This document shows, one piece after another, positions 37,589 through 51,736 of a stretch of DNA of 64,000 nt (the stretch's first letter is position 1; the number at the start of each line of letters is the position of its first letter). A program made the translations under genes and the position numbers. The stretch is from NCBI RefSeq assembly GCF_018977255.1, contig NW_024704742.1, positions 46,874,001 to 46,938,000 of the forward strand, written 5' to 3'. The notes below the pieces were generated by a model. It was not told where the DNA came from, ran no database searches, and saw nothing but the letters and a program-made list of their open reading frames with translations. This DNA is from Callorhinchus milii (taxonomy: Eukaryota).

Positions 37589-38114
37589 GTGAGCAGTAGA
37601 TTTTTAAACAGTTAAACTTTCCTTCCTACACAGTCAGATTTGTGCAGTGTGGATTCTCCCAATCACGGGAAAGTCCATTTCTTTTGAAAAGAACTTCTCA
37701 ATTTTCTTCTTGAAATGAATGAATTAATACATCATGCCCTCAACCATAACAAGCTCAAGAGCATCTAGAAATCTGTAGCATGTGTTATCTCCCACATTAA
37801 GCTAGACAATCACTTCTTTCCTTGCCTAGCATCTCAACTTGTCTATCACTCACATTAAGTTCCTTGTCCATATCTTGAAATGCCTCCATGGACTTGCCCC
37901 ACCCTATCTCTGTTAATCGCTCCAAGACACTACCTGTGTGAAGGGCACTATATAAATGCAAATTATTATTGTTGTTGTCATCATCAATGTATCACAGGTT
38001 GTAATTTTGACTCTTATACTTCAAATGAAGTCTGACCAACACATTGTACAGCTGTAGCATGAGTCCCTTGCTTTTATATTCTAGACCCTTATTATAAAGC
38101 CTAGCATCCCACTT

Positions 38115-38452
38115 TATGTGTCAGCATGGCTAGGGATCTGCTGCATTTTAGGAAGTGAAGCCTTTGGATGAGATATTTAAATCAAGGTCCGTCTACTTGT
38201 ACTGGAGGACATTAAAGGTTCGTTCATATATTTGAAAGAGAAGGGAGTTTCTCCCAGTGTCCCGGCCAACAGATCCCCAAATAAAATAGGTCGTTCAACT
38301 CATGGCTGTTTGTGGGATATTGCTTGTGCAAATTGGCAAATTCACCCACAAAATACACAATCAGTACACTTTACAGTATATCCTGTGCTGAGCTTTGAGA
38401 TGTCCTCCTAACATGGAAGGTGCAATATCAAAAGAAAGGATTATTATTATTA
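38115..38452 (+). mobile_element. decayed Deu-type SINE
   Basis: GGATGAGATATTTAAATCAAGGTCC...GTGTCCCGGCCAAC core and tail. Confidence 0.65.
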
Positions 38453-39279
38453 ACCGGTTTGACTGTTTCTTGTAACTTGTCCAAAAACAAGGAACTACGC
38501 TGAGTTCTGGAGGAGATGCTATGGGCAATCTAAACGTTTGAGTGAAGTATATGAGGGCAGCCTGGTTTCCATTTGTCTTTTAGTGATAAATGCTCCGAGA
38601 TGCTAACCTGTGTGAAGTTGTTGCTGTTGGTGTCACAGGATTAATGAAGGCTGGACACCATATCATCAATGATGCTAGACAAGGAAGACTTACAATATAG
38701 TACAATTTATATTTCTATCATGCCTTTTGTATAATGACAATGTCCTAATGTGGTTAATAATATTGGCTGGGCAATCAAGCTGGGAGTGAAAGACAAGGCG
38801 GTGAGGAGGGGAAAGATGACCAAAACCACAGGCAAAGAGGCTTGTCTAAATATAGAAGAAGATAAGCAATTAAACCAATAGTTTAACTAAATAATCTTTG
38901 CAGTTGATATAGTTCTTACCATCAAAACATCTCAAAGTAATTTACAAGTAAGTGCTGTCATGTTTATTTGTAGTCAAACCCCATAGTCAATTTGCGCATA
39001 GCATGCAAAGAGCCATGGAGTGAGTGACCAGTTTATTTGAGGATTAATGGAAAGAGCAGTTCACCTTTAATCAGCTTTAGATCAAAGGCTTTTATTTGTT
39101 CATAGTAGACAGAGGCAATGAGAAACGTTCAGCTAATCGTAGCAGCAGATTACTGCTCTGCCTCTGTGGAAATAACATGGTTCAGAGTCAGTGAATTCAA
39201 ATAACAAAGGGGATTTGCTGTCCAGACTTAAAGCCACTCAGCTGTCATATTAGTTATCCACTCATCAATCCAATTGGAC

Positions 39280-40035
39280 ACTGAACCAGTCTGGAACCTT
39301 GGCATCTTGTTTGATCCTCAACTGTCCTTTCTACCCCACATCCATGCCATGACCCGCTCTGCCTTTCCCCGCCTCCGAGCCATTGCCCGGCTCTACCACG
39401 GTCTCACGCCATAGGCCGCCGAGACCCTCTTACATGCTTTCATAACATCCAGGTTTGGCTACGCAAACTCCCTGCTTGTCGGCCTCCCTAACGCCTCCCT
39501 CCATAGTCTGCAGATCACCCAGAACTTTGCAGTCCATGTCCTCTCCCGCACCAGGCTCCGTGACCCTATCATTCCCATCCTTGCCCAACTCCTCTGGGTT
39601 CTCATCACACAGAGGATACAGTTCAAGATCCTGGTCCTCACCTTCAAAGCCCTCCATGGCCTTGCTCCCCGTTTCTCTGTCACCTAACCCCCTACCATCC
39701 AGGCCGCTCCCTCCACTCAGCAGTCTCCGGCCTGCTTCACGCCCCCAGCCTTACCCACCCCACAATTGGTGGGTAGGCCTTCAGCCACTCTGCCCCCACC
39801 CTCTGGAACTCCATCCCACAGTCCCTCCACCTCGCCTTCTCCCTTGCTTCCTTCAAGACCTGTCTCAAGACCCTCTTCTTCGACTGTGCTTTCGGTCATC
39901 TTCCTTCCTTCCCTCCCTGCCCTCCACCCTCCCCGCACCCAGTCCCCAGCTCGGGTCCAAAACATTTGATTGTCCATCACCTTGGGACATCCTCTTGACG
40001 TGAAAGGCGCTTTACAAATGAAAATGTTGTTGTTA
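39280..40035 (+). mobile_element. L2 3' fragment
   Basis: Homologous to 61025-61803. Confidence 0.85.
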
Positions 40036-40059
40036 TTTTTGTTTGTGATTAACATTTGT

Positions 40060-40250
40060 CTCATCCCAAGTTAACTCAGTGTTCGGAGGATGAACTATGA
40101 GGAACAACTGGATGAACTAGTGTTCTTTAGTCTTGAAAAGAGACATTTCAGAGGGGACCTTATATAAGATCCTACCCAGAATGAAAAAGTAAACCCAGAA
40201 AAGTAATCAGAATCCCAAGACAGCAGAACAAGAGCACACTTTCAAATGGA
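40060..40250 (+). mobile_element. decayed CR1 ORF2 C-terminal fragment
   Basis: YEEQLDELVFFSLEKRHFRGDL peptide versus CR1 YEERL..L.LFSLEKRRLRGDL. Confidence 0.7.
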
Positions 40251-40759
40251 ATGTTAAAGCGAAGGATTACGTTAGTGTTAATAACATGCAGCTTTGTGGG
40301 TTTAACGTATTTATGAATAAATTGGTTTGACTTGATCACATCATCCAAAGCAAAACAATTACTGACCCATCAGGGACTTGCTTCGAGGCAACATTTTATC
40401 AGCTTGGTTACGCTATAATTATGCCAAGTATATTTCACTGCAAATAGCTTGTGCAAACACAAGGCTTTCATAAATCAGACAATCCTGCCATTTTCCCTAA
40501 TCTGTAACGCTTCTCCAATGTGATTGCCCTTTTATCGTTGGATAAAAACAGCTGTCTCAAGAGTATTGCTTCCTAAAAAATCTGATCAAATATCTTCAAA
40601 TTACTGAAAAATAATACACCAAAATATTCAATGCAAGTAATATTTCAGCAATGGATTATTTTCTTAAGAGCAATCCTTTCTTATCTGGATAGTTCACAAA
40701 TTTTGAAAATTTATTTTCTGTAAGAATATAAAAAAAGTGAAAAAAATTACACTTGATAT

Positions 40760-41150
40760 TAGGTCAGAATATCTCAAAGAGTTTTCTGTAAAGTGTATTT
40801 GTAAGCAAACACAACAGCCAATTTCCACCCAGTAATGTCCCACAAGCAGCCATGATGTGAATTACTAAATTTATGTGGAGGATTGTTGGGTAGGACACCA
40901 GGATAAACTTCCTTCTCTTTCTGAATAGTGTACATGGAATCTTTATCATCCACCCAAAAAGACAGATGGGGCCTCAGTTTAACACTTCATCCAAAGCTCG
41001 ACACCTCTGACAATGTAGTGATCACCCCAACACTGAATTTGATCGTCAGCCTAGATTTGAGTGTCCGCCTAGATTACATGTTCTGACATGGGGCTTGAAC
41101 CTGAAACCTTCGAAAATTGATTCAAGCATCCTAGCAACTGAGCCAAGCTG
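40760..41150 (-). mobile_element. decayed Deu-type SINE
   Basis: Head at ~41090-41150 and core on the minus strand. Confidence 0.65.
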
Positions 41151-41421
41151 TTTCTCCTCTTTCCCTCCCGAATTGAAGATTCATGCAAATACATAATTAT
41201 TTAATCACTCACTCACGTGCAGCTATTCAGCTAGTCTGGAAACAATATCTCAGACATCACTCAGCCCAACCACCCTGGGATGTAAGATTGATTCAGAGCC
41301 CTTGTACACAATATGCAGATTGGGTTAACTATATGCAAGCATATGCGTACAGGGGGAATTACATGTAGCCTTGATTATGTTATTAATACCTAATACAGAA
41401 GATTACAGGGATTTACTAAAA

Positions 41422-41690
41422 ATCCTTGCATTATGATGTACCACCTTATCATGTCAGAAGGACGTCTCAAAGCACTTCACAGGATTTACTGTGAAATTAA
41501 GTGACTGTCTATTTGTAGGCAAACAAGGCAGCATAGCAATGTCCCACAAACAACCATGAAACCAGTGATCAATTTGATTTGGGAATTGTTGGCTGGACCG
41601 GGAGAAACTAATTTCCCTTTTCAACTAGTGCCATGGGACCTTTAGTATCCCCTTGAACAGGCAGACAGTACCCTGGTTTAACGTCCCATC
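41422..41690 (-). mobile_element. Deu-type SINE, core and tail
   Basis: AGTGCCATGGGACCTTTA...GGTTTAACGTCCCATC on the plus strand. Confidence 0.7.
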
Positions 41691-41884
41691 AGAAGGACTG
41701 ATTTGGAATGCTTTTCATTGGTTAGGGTCACGTAATCATGGTTTTTTAACCCAACCCAAAATATTAGAGCCCAGGAATAGCATTTGGGAAGATGACTGGT
41801 CATGTTAATATTCAATAGGTTTGCCACACCTTGTTTGTGTGAGTGTTTGGTAATCCTGAAAACCAGAATGTTTGACAATGTGGG

Positions 41885-41950
41885 GTGTCTTGGGACGTCC
41901 TCCCGACGTGAAAGGCGCTCTATAAATGAAATCTTGTTGTTGTTGTTGTG
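41885..41950 (+). mobile_element. ~65-bp young L2 tail
   Basis: TTGGGACGTCCTCCCGACGTGAAAGGCGCTCTATAAATGAAATC(TTG)n. Confidence 0.85.
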
Positions 41951-41979
41951 TACAAGTCTGATATGGATCACTTTTCTGA

Positions 41980-42585
41980 TAACAACAGCAACAATAAATT
42001 ATATTTTTAAAGCGCCTTTCACTTCAGGAGGACATCACGAGGTGCTGGACAGCCCTGCCGAGGACCTCCCAAGCAGGGGTTGAGATCAGGAGGGGTGGAG
42101 GGCAGGGTGTGGGGGTAGGAGGGTGGCCGAAAGAGCGGTCGAAAAGGAGGGTTTTGATTCATGCAGTGAAGGAGACAAGGGAGTGAGTGAGGTGAAGGGA
42201 ATGTGGGATGGAGTTTCAAAGGGTGGGGACAGAAAGGCTGAAGGTCTGACCGCCAATGGTGGGGAGGGCTGTGCAGGGAAACGCAAAGCAGGCCGGAACC
42301 TGCTGAGTGGAGGGAATGAACAGGTTGATATGGCATTAGCAGGTCACAGAGGTAAGAAGGAGCAAGGCCGTGGAGGGCTTTGAAGGCGAGGCCAAGGATT
42401 TTGAATTCTATCCTCTGGGAGATGGGAAGCCAGTGGAGTCGAGCAAGGGTGGCGGTGATGGCTCACGGAGCCTGGTGGGAAGAAGACATGAGCTGCAGAG
42501 TTCTGAATGATTTGCAACTTGTGGAGGGAAGAGTTGGGAAGGTCAACAAACAGGGAGTTGGTGTAGTCGAGCCTCAATGTAATAA
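41980..42585 (-). mobile_element. L2 3' fragment
   Basis: RLDYTNSLFVDLPNSSLHKLQIIQNSAA peptide; tail present. Confidence 0.85.
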
Positions 42586-45500
42586 GGATAAATACGTTGG
42601 ATTCCAGATCACTGGACATAAATGCACCCTTGTCTCTTTCAACACTGCTGGCTGCTGGTTTCAGGCTCAGCTAATCCAGTGGATGCCCCATAACACTGCA
42701 CAGTTAACATCAATTTAACACTATCTTGGCATTGAATTGACCCTAAAACTGCAGGATAAATCATGTTTAAAATGCATTGATTCCATGTCTTTGGGAGATA
42801 GTTTTGGAATTCAATTAGTTTGTGAGTCACGTAACTTCATAGAAAAATTTACACCTTGCACAATAGCTTCACCTATCATGCTCTAACAGAATGTTTCTGC
42901 ATTAGTCCAGAAGCAGTGGATATTACACTCAACAGTGAGACAGAGATTGTTAAATTATGTATCTGTCACTTCAGTAGGGCACTCTCACTTCTCTCAATTT
43001 TGAACATCTATCCCAATACTCTAAAGCTTTCCAAGAGCAATTATTCCACTTTGTTGCATGCTAAGATTTGTTCAATCCTTAAACTGCAATGCATTGAATT
43101 GGGAACACCAACAACACATACAGAATGCAAGGATGAGAGACGTTTACAACTAATATGGGATGTGTCTTGCCTGTTTTTATAAAGACACAAATTTATAATG
43201 TTAAGTACTTAGTGTTAAAGCAAAAGATTAAGTTAAGTACTTATTCCTCATTCGTTTACATATAAAATGAAAGAAAGCAAAGTCGGTTGCTTTTATCATG
43301 TCTACTTAGTTGATGTTCATAAAGAAAATAACTTAAATTACATAGAAAGATTAAAACAATTAGTTATAATATGCAGAACTATGCTTGGAGAAGCAAAGGC
43401 AATGTATTCCATTGAATCAATTTATGTCGAGAAGACGTGAAAAGCGCTATATCAAATGCAGGGTTATTATTATTATATTAAGGATTTAATGTTCTTAATG
43501 TACAGTTGGCAGTTACATCAGTGGTATAATGCATATTAATCACTTAACATTAAATGCTGTGATGGAAATATTTTACTTTCCCTGGCTCACTAAATCACTA
43601 CCCTTTGCAGATGAAACTTGCCTGTCACAAATAATGAGATTTGTATCTATTTTTTATGGAAAAAAAACTTACAATACTTTTACATTGGTAGTTTGACTGC
43701 AGAGGCAGGTGAACATATGTTGGCAATCCATAATGAAAAGTAGCCAAATTAAAGCTGTCAACTGTCCATAGACCTTCTTTTGCTGCTGGATCTCCTGTTG
43801 GATCCACAGTAAAGATGCAAATAAATCTTGCACATGTGCAAAATGTATGACATCATCACATTTTTTATGTAATGACATTGATGTACCATGAAGAAAAACC
43901 CAGGATCTACTGTGTCTAAAAGTGAAAGTGCGGCTGCACTGACTTCTCCAGAGTTCAAAGAGTCACAGGAATTACATTCTGTTTAACAATTAGGTGAAAA
44001 AGCTTCTCTATTAAGCATGAAATGTCTGACTACCTGGTTCCCAACACATCGTAAACCAAAAATGACACCTAATCCTTGCATTTTTTTATATACTAAATTT
44101 GGCCTGCAGACCATTTGCCTTTAAGATTGCACAGACTTGGTGGAAAATTGTTAAATTCAACCTTAATTTGGAAGCTGCTTTTTCATAGTTGTTAAAATAA
44201 AACTAGACTTCCAAATTAAAATTAAATTGAAGAATTTTCTACATTCTTTGGAAAACACACTTCCTGTGCATCCCCCACGCTACCTCTACCACCATTAGTG
44301 GCCGAGCTTTCCTAATCTACATCCTTAACTTCTAGAATTCCCCCCTCAAACCCTCTGTCCCGTCTCTATCTGTCTTCAAATCCCACCTTAAAACCTACCT
44401 CTTCAACTGTGCCTATACTCACCTCTCTTCCCCTTCACCACTCCCCTGCTCAGTGTCCATCCCAAACTGAAGGGTGCTACATAAATATAAATTGTTATTG
44501 TTGCTGATGTCGCCCAAACTTTGATCCTGGTATAATGTTTTTCAAGTCTGAAAGAGGTTTATTGTTGTGTGCAAATTGGCTGCCACATTCACCTACAAAA
44601 TACATAATCACTACTTTTCATGTAAATCCTGTGTAGTGCTTTGAGATTTCTCAACAACGTGATACGATACTATATTAATTACAAGTATTGTTATTATAAA
44701 TACATTTCAAATTAAGGGCCAAAATCTTCTACGTACGTGAAATAAAAGTAGGTGGCTTATACTCTCTCGATGGGATATAAGTTTCCAAGGGGACTCTAAA
44801 ATTGACACTTTCATCATATTCCAAATCAAACGTGTCATCTCCTGTATTTGTCTGTTATGTGCTTTGCAGACAAACTGTGTGAATATGTCTGAACCTGTCC
44901 CTAGGCATTGATGAAACGATTCCTTCAAATCTTCACAGCTTGTTATTGCAAATATAATGTTTTTTTTTAATCTCTTCATTTTATTCCATATACTTTTATA
45001 TTACTGAACAGAGCTATATATCAATAATAATCCTTGCATTTGATAGAACACCTTTCACATCAGGAGACTCTTAAAGGGCTTAACGGGATTTACCATGAAG
45101 TGTAATGTCCGTGTATTTTGTAGGTTGAATGCGAAAGCCAATTTGTTCAAAGCAATGTCCCACAAACAGCCATGAAGTAAATGATCAGAGTTTTGGGGAC
45201 TGTAGCCAGGACATCAAGTCTTAGCTTCACATATTGTAAAGATTTAATTTATCCATAAGGTAACTGGCTTGAAACAAAACATCAATTATTTTATAATTGT
45301 CTTCTCAGTGCTCATTCGTATAATGCACTTACATAATGGAGATAGGTTAGTTGCACATATTGGACTGAGAAACAGCCTGGAGAGATTCATTTGTATTGTT
45401 TTGTGACACTACGCCAAGCATCAATAGGGTTGCAGACCCTATGTTAGAATTGCTGTCAGGTACATTAAAAAAAAGATTATTAATATTACAAAGGCATAGC

Positions 45501-45789
45501 AGGTAAATAGTGTCTGACAGGGAAAGTTAACATTAGAAATTGCATTTGATGTATATGATGAAGAACAATACTGGGAGATAGAGAGGTACAAAGAAAGATT
45601 GAGAGAATGGGGTAAACAAGCTATTAAACTGGTAAGCTGCCTTGTTTTTCAACTTTTCTGTCAGAGAGCAAAGCTTATTCCTGTTTTGTGGCTGAGTCAG
45701 ACTTGTCCAGCTCTAATCCAAATGCATTTATTGTTTACCTTTCTTTCCTCTCAGCTGCAATCTATTGAGCTGCCGTGGGTGGAAGATTT

Positions 45790-46045
45790 TGTCCGATTTC
45801 GTGGGTGGCAGTCAGTGCTTCAGGTAAACATTTTCAACTATTCTCAGAGGCAATTGGAGCCAAGACCATTGCACTGTTTAAAATAGGATTAGATCAACAC
45901 TTGATGTATGAGGATATAAAAGGGTTTGGGGGAACATACCGAGAAATGGGATTAGAGTAAATCGCTCCAATGGGAATTTAGCATGACAATAAGCACAATG
46001 AGTTACCACTGGCTTCCTTCTATGCTGAATTATCTATGATTCTAC
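45790..46045 (+). mobile_element. decayed CR1 3' end
   Basis: LFKIGLDQHL..IKGFG peptide and TCTATGATTCTA tail. Confidence 0.6.
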
Positions 46046-46621
46046 GTTATGTAGAAATACGTCAAAATACGTGACCCAGAGTCAAGAATATTACCAAATG
46101 AGTCAAATTGACACTTAAGGGTAGATACAAACTATGATCAGTGATTTGTTATTTAACACTTGTGTTAATTAACTACTGTATTAGTTATTGGATCATTGGA
46201 AATCGTACCTTATTATGAGTAACAACAATAACAACTTGCATTTATATAGCGCCTTATTTAAAGTTTTAACTTCCACAACAACAACAACTTGTAGGGACCT
46301 AGAGTGCTTGAGTAGACATTAATTGTTCTATAGGTTTGAACCTCACTCTGTCCTCTCAACTCCATCACAATGGCTAGGCCTGAAGACATTCATTGGATAC
46401 ATTGGATTTGCCAACTCTTTGTTAACATAACAAAGAAAATTAGAGTGAGAGTGGTAAATGGGAGGTAAGATTAACAACTCTGAATCACTCCCCTTTATTT
46501 CATTATCTTTTTTTTCATTTTAGAATCCTGTTTCTCTTTCTCACGCTAATTCAGCATCTCCCAATCATACGTTCACAATTTAACGTGACCTTTACGTCCA
46601 GCGTCTCACTCAAATACCTGC

Positions 46622-46912
46622 TCAGGAGTGGGGGCACAGAGGCTGAAAGTCCAGCTGACGATGGTAGGTTGGGTCGGGTGGGAGACCTGGAGCAAACCGG
46701 AGCTTGCTGAGTGGAAGGAGCTTGTGGAGGGAAGAGTTGGGGAGGCCATCAAGGAGGGAGTTTCTGTAGTCGAGCCTTGAGGTGATCAATGCGTGTATAG
46801 GGGTTTTGGGGGTCTGAGGGGTGAGGCAGTGGCAGAGTTGGGCAATGTCGCGGATATAAGGGAAGGCAAAGTGGGTCATGGTATGGATATGGGGGAGAAA
46901 GGACAGTTAGGG
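46622..46912 (-). mobile_element. internally deleted L2 fragment
   Basis: IHALITSRLDYRNSLLDGLPNSSLHKL peptide. Confidence 0.8.
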
Positions 46913-47393
46913 GCAAATCTTAAGATTTGAATTATTCCTGTTCCCTCCACAATTTAATATTTGAGTACAAAAAGACTCAATACTTATTATACTTACATAA
47001 TTTTTAACTTAAATTGCACTTTCATCTCTATTTTAGTAACAGGGAAATGTATCATTTCAGTAATATCTTATTTATATGCACAGCAGTTGGTAACCTACGA
47101 TAATTTTCAAATATAATAGATTTATACACATTTTAATTTTGCTCTTATCAACTTCTGTTTTTTAGTCAGCCTAACCTTATTTAAAGTTTTAGTGATATGT
47201 ATGCATGGAAAAGTGTTTGATATAGCTGTTTAAATTATTTATTTAAATCTGAATGACACTGAGCTCAATATACAGTATACAGTAGGTTCTTGGAAAACAG
47301 TGTAGAATCAAACTGAAAGCAGTTTCATTCATTTCAGTATTAATCACCAATTGAAACTCTAGTTGAAAATACAGAGTTTTCTTTGTTAAAAGC

Positions 47394-47569
47394 AAACAAT
47401 AACAACAACAACAAGATTGTATTTATAGAGCACCTTTCATGTCGGGAGGACGTCCCAAGGCAGTAGACAGTTGGGTCGGGACCCGAGCAGGGGGTCAGGG
47501 TGAGGGGAGGGAAGGAGCGAGGAGGGGTTAGAGAGTCGAGAGGGGAGCTGAAGACACGGTTGAAGAGAA
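47394..47569 (-). mobile_element. short young L2 3' end
   Basis: Homologous to 1681-1872; same 5' end as the 37588 and 62165 copies. Confidence 0.85.
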
Positions 47570-48375
47570 TATGAATCACAATTCCCAATGGAACTAAAAT
47601 GGCTCTGGCACCATTATTTACCTCAGAGTCAGGGGCACTCTGCTAATGAGAGCCAATCTCTGTTGTGCATGATTAACAATGACTTTAGATGCACCTTTGA
47701 GATAGAGATCAACTGTTTGAAGGAACCTGTCACCTCACCACAAATAAATTGTGGCATTGTTATCTTGCAAAAGGCTCCAGAAGTCACAGAACAAATAATT
47801 ATTTAAGTTAATCCTTCGTCTTTTGTCATCAGTGAAGCATCTCATAAAAGGCTCATGAGATGGATGTATGGCGAGAAAATGCAATTTGCTGCTTTGAGAC
47901 AAATTACAGACAGTGATTGAAGTTAGGATTCTAGTCTTTTTCTAAGGTGGTGATCAATGAGGAATGTTACTCAGATCCCCTTATCACATTTGTTCAAACA
48001 TTAAATGCCATCACAATTCTGTTGACATGTAATATGTGCAACAGAGAAGCTGCAGGAAAATAGATGATATTTCAATCCCGAATTTAAATGCTTGTCACCC
48101 AAATGTGAGCCTCTGACAAAAACTTGACAGATTTACAGAGATTTTAAATTTGTGAATCTGATGGTTTTTAATTAAGAATGAATAAGGGCTTAGAAGATGT
48201 CTGTAATAATTGGATTAATTATAAAAGGATAAAGTGGGCATGAGTACATGTCCATTAAATGGATACCACTGTCTTCACTGCTGCAATGAAATATTAGCTA
48301 AATAAAGAATATATCAAGTCACCATACACTTGTTAATGAGCTGCATAGCAAGGCAGCATGAATATAAGAATATAA

Positions 48376-48835
48376 GAAATTCTTCACACAGAGGGTGTTG
48401 AGAATGTGGAACTCATTGCCAGAATCTGTGCTTGAAGAGAAAACATCAATGCTTTTAGTGGAAACTTTATGCAAACATGAGGGAGAAGGGGAATAACAAA
48501 TTGCATTTGTATAATGTCTTTCACGTTGGAAGGACATCCCAAGGCACTGAAATAGAGGGTATGGGAGGGGGATAAAGAGAGGGGATTAGGGTGGGTGGAG
48601 ACTCATGTGGGGCATAAACACCGTCATGGACTATTTGAGCTGAATGGCCTGTTTTGGTAGAGTCTATGTAATTCTATGTGATATTGCACTTATCCAATAT
48701 TGCACTTATATAACACCACATGAGTGATGTACAACAAAGGATTAAAAAGGATTAGTTGAGGTAACAGATCAGCCATGATCTAATTAAATGGTGGAACAGA
48801 CTCAAAGGGCTGAATTGCCTACTCTTGTTCCTATG
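48376..48835 (+). mobile_element. CR1 3' fragments, the first interrupted by an L2 tail (~48495-48549)
   Basis: FFTQRVLRMWNSLP peptide; TCTATGTAATTCTATG tail; second CR1 end with GATCAGCCATGATC. Confidence 0.75.
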
Positions 48836-48836
48836 C

Positions 48837-49300
48837 ACAACAACAACATGCGTGTATATAACGCCCATCACACAGGGTAGTATCCCAGAGCACTTGACAA
48901 TGGCGGAGAACAACTCCGAGCCGGAGCGAGGGGGAGGTAACCGTAGTCACGGTCAAATAGGAAGGTCTTCAGGTGAGACCTGAAAATGGTGAAAGAAGGG
49001 ACAAGGCGGAGGGATAGAGGAAGAGTGTTGCAGAGTTTCGGGGCATAGTGGCTGAAAGTGCGGCCTTTCAGTGGAATGGTGGAACGGAGAGCACGAGGGA
49101 CATGCAGGTGACCGGAGCCAGTCGAGCAGAGGCAGCAGGTTTTGGGTTGTGGGGGTAAGCAGGTCGGAGAGGTAGGAAGGAGCCAGGGGTTTGAAAGCAA
49201 GTGTGAGGATTTTGACCTGTTCGGTGAACGGGAGCTAATGGAGCTTGGCTAGAACTGGTGTGATGGGAGTACACAGTTTAGTACAGGTGAGTATGTGGGC
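48837..49300 (-). mobile_element. older L2 3' fragment
   Basis: GRTFSHYAPKLCNTLP..FRSHLKTFLF peptide. Confidence 0.8.
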
Positions 49301-51304
49301 GAATATGTATCAGGATGTATACATTTTTGGCATACATCGGGGCTGATGTGGGAGTTTAACTATTGTCGAAATGTTGTATTGGACTGGGATCCTTTTGGCT
49401 GGCATTCCTTTTGTCAAATGACAAATGTCAATTGGTTGAATTTTGATGAAGAAATGCTAAATTAATTGAGGATCTACTCTTTATGTATATAGTTGTGGAT
49501 GGTCAATTGGTCAGTTTACCAGAGTCAGGTCCTCGTGACATCGGGATGTTGCAGATGGAGCGAGCAGTGTGGGTCGAGGGGTGGATGCCTGCAGCTGTAA
49601 TTTAGCTGCTTCAGTGGATCTGCTGCTGGCAGTCTGTTCTGTCATGTGAGCAATTGGTGCAAGCAGAATCACTGTAGTTGGAATCGGGAATAGGAACAGC
49701 ATTCGCTACAGAGCAATGGTTTTTAGTTTAATTTCTACATGCTCAACCTTACTAAATTGAATCCACATTAGAACATTTGTGTCCTGTGATTTAATTGATT
49801 TTTTTTCTCTACTCTCCATTAGCTCAAGTTAAACCTAGATCTGAAGTAAAGTAAAAGCAATGAAGTGAAACCTGATTAACTGGTACAGCTCATGTCAACG
49901 GAAAGTGCTATCACCCTGGTATCTCCTGCTGTTCTAAAAGGCCAGAACCACTGTGTTTAATGTAAATGTAACATAAAAAAGGTAACATTACAATGTTCAA
50001 TTGTTTTACATGGTTAAAAATCTGCTTTAGTGCTTGTATTTATAGAACAATCAGAACTGACTCTCTTGCATAGGGATTACCACAGAATACTCCATAGGAT
50101 CACCTGCTGAGATTATTGTTATATTAAAGATTATGGCACTTGAGGCTGACTCACAATTTCAGTCTGACCAATAGCAGAACCAAGGAGGTCTAGGTGGTGA
50201 GATCCCTAAGTTAAGGAGATAATAGTAACAGCTGTTAGCCTAATGTAGTCAGCGGATGGGTGAGAGAGACAAACATCACAGTTAACTGCTTAGTGTCAAG
50301 TACATTCACAGTATTGGGTTCCAACAAACACCTCAGTCCATGCTTTATTGGAAAACATATTTCCTTGGAGCAAGGCTTAATATGATTCCTGCTGGACTCC
50401 TAAGGCACCAAAGGAGAGTGGTCTTAAAACATTTAAGATTTAGTTATATTAAACTAATGTTCGCTAAACTGAAGGGAATCACTCAGATATTGCAAGGCTA
50501 CTGTGCTGAAGCCAACGGACTGAAAAACTCTTATGTGAGTCAGAGTGCACAGAGTGCCTGTATCTTGCAGACAAGGTGTAGACACCATTGGAACCAAAAA
50601 CACAATCCTTGTATTCTAAACAAATCAAATGTCTTAAGTGTCTATTTCACACATTGAGTTACTTTTTGAATTACAGTGACTGACTGTTACACAAACAATC
50701 CAGGTAGTTAATCTGTGGGTAGCCAACATGAAAGGAGATGAATGACCAATTCATCTACTTTTGGGTGGAATTGTAACTGAATATAATTGGGAGATGTGTA
50801 GGCTAACATCCTCTGTCACTTAAATATCCTGTCGCTAACATGCCCTGAAACAATGCAAGTGAATAGGTCTCTCACTCTCACAATAAACAAATTGGCTTTC
50901 CTTTTGTGAGAAACAATATGTTGGGTTCCTGATCTTTCCAATGATTTGTTGTATTATGCCATTTACTATATGGGTGCATCAGGGGTGAGGATTCTACATT
51001 TCACTTTGCTGTTAATTGGTGGTTTTCGTGCTTCTCACAGTCTGACTCCAGACTGCCATGAAATGACAACTGTGTATAGATAACTGACAAACCAGTGGTC
51101 AGTAATACTGAACAGTCAGCTGTTGCTAATCTCATAGAAACAATTCATGACAGTTGTGAAATAAACATTTGATGTTAAAGATGATGAGTAGCACATGAGA
51201 GAGACTAATTAACACTCAAATTGATGCCTGTACTGCACTGTTTTCTGGAACAATAGACTTTGAAATGTGAACAACAGTAATTAATCAGTTTGTTTATGAC
51301 TTTT

Positions 51305-51736
51305 ATCCCATCCTCACCCGACTCCACTGGCTTCCCAGCACTCAGTGGATACAGTACAAGATCCTGGTCCTCACTTTCAAAGCCCTCCATGTCCTTGCTC
51401 CTCCCTACCTGTGTGACTTCCTAACCTCTTACCAACCTGTCCACTCCCTCCGCTCAGTGGGCTCCGACCTGCTTCATGTCCCCCTCCTTGCCTGCCGCAT
51501 CATTGGCGGGCAGCCTTCAGCCTCTTTGCCCCCATCCTCTGGAACTCCATCTCACAGGCCCTCTGCCTCGCCACCTCCCTCTTTGACCGTGCCTTTGGTC
51601 ATCCTCCTTCCCCTACCCTCTTCATCCTCCACCCCTCCTGATCCCAACCACCAGCTCATGTGCGGATCTCTGACTGTCCAGCGCCTTGGGACATCATCCT
51701 TATGTGAAAGATGTTTTGTTGTTGTTGTTATTGTTG
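51305..51736 (+). mobile_element. L2 3' fragment
   Basis: LHWLP..IQYKILVLTFKAL codons and (TTG)n tail. Confidence 0.8.

Noticed and set aside
42856..43182. 108-aa ORF, and similar ones at 22568, 37064, 50340 and 58553
   Set aside because: No recognisable domain or convincing gene structure; consistent with chance ORFs.
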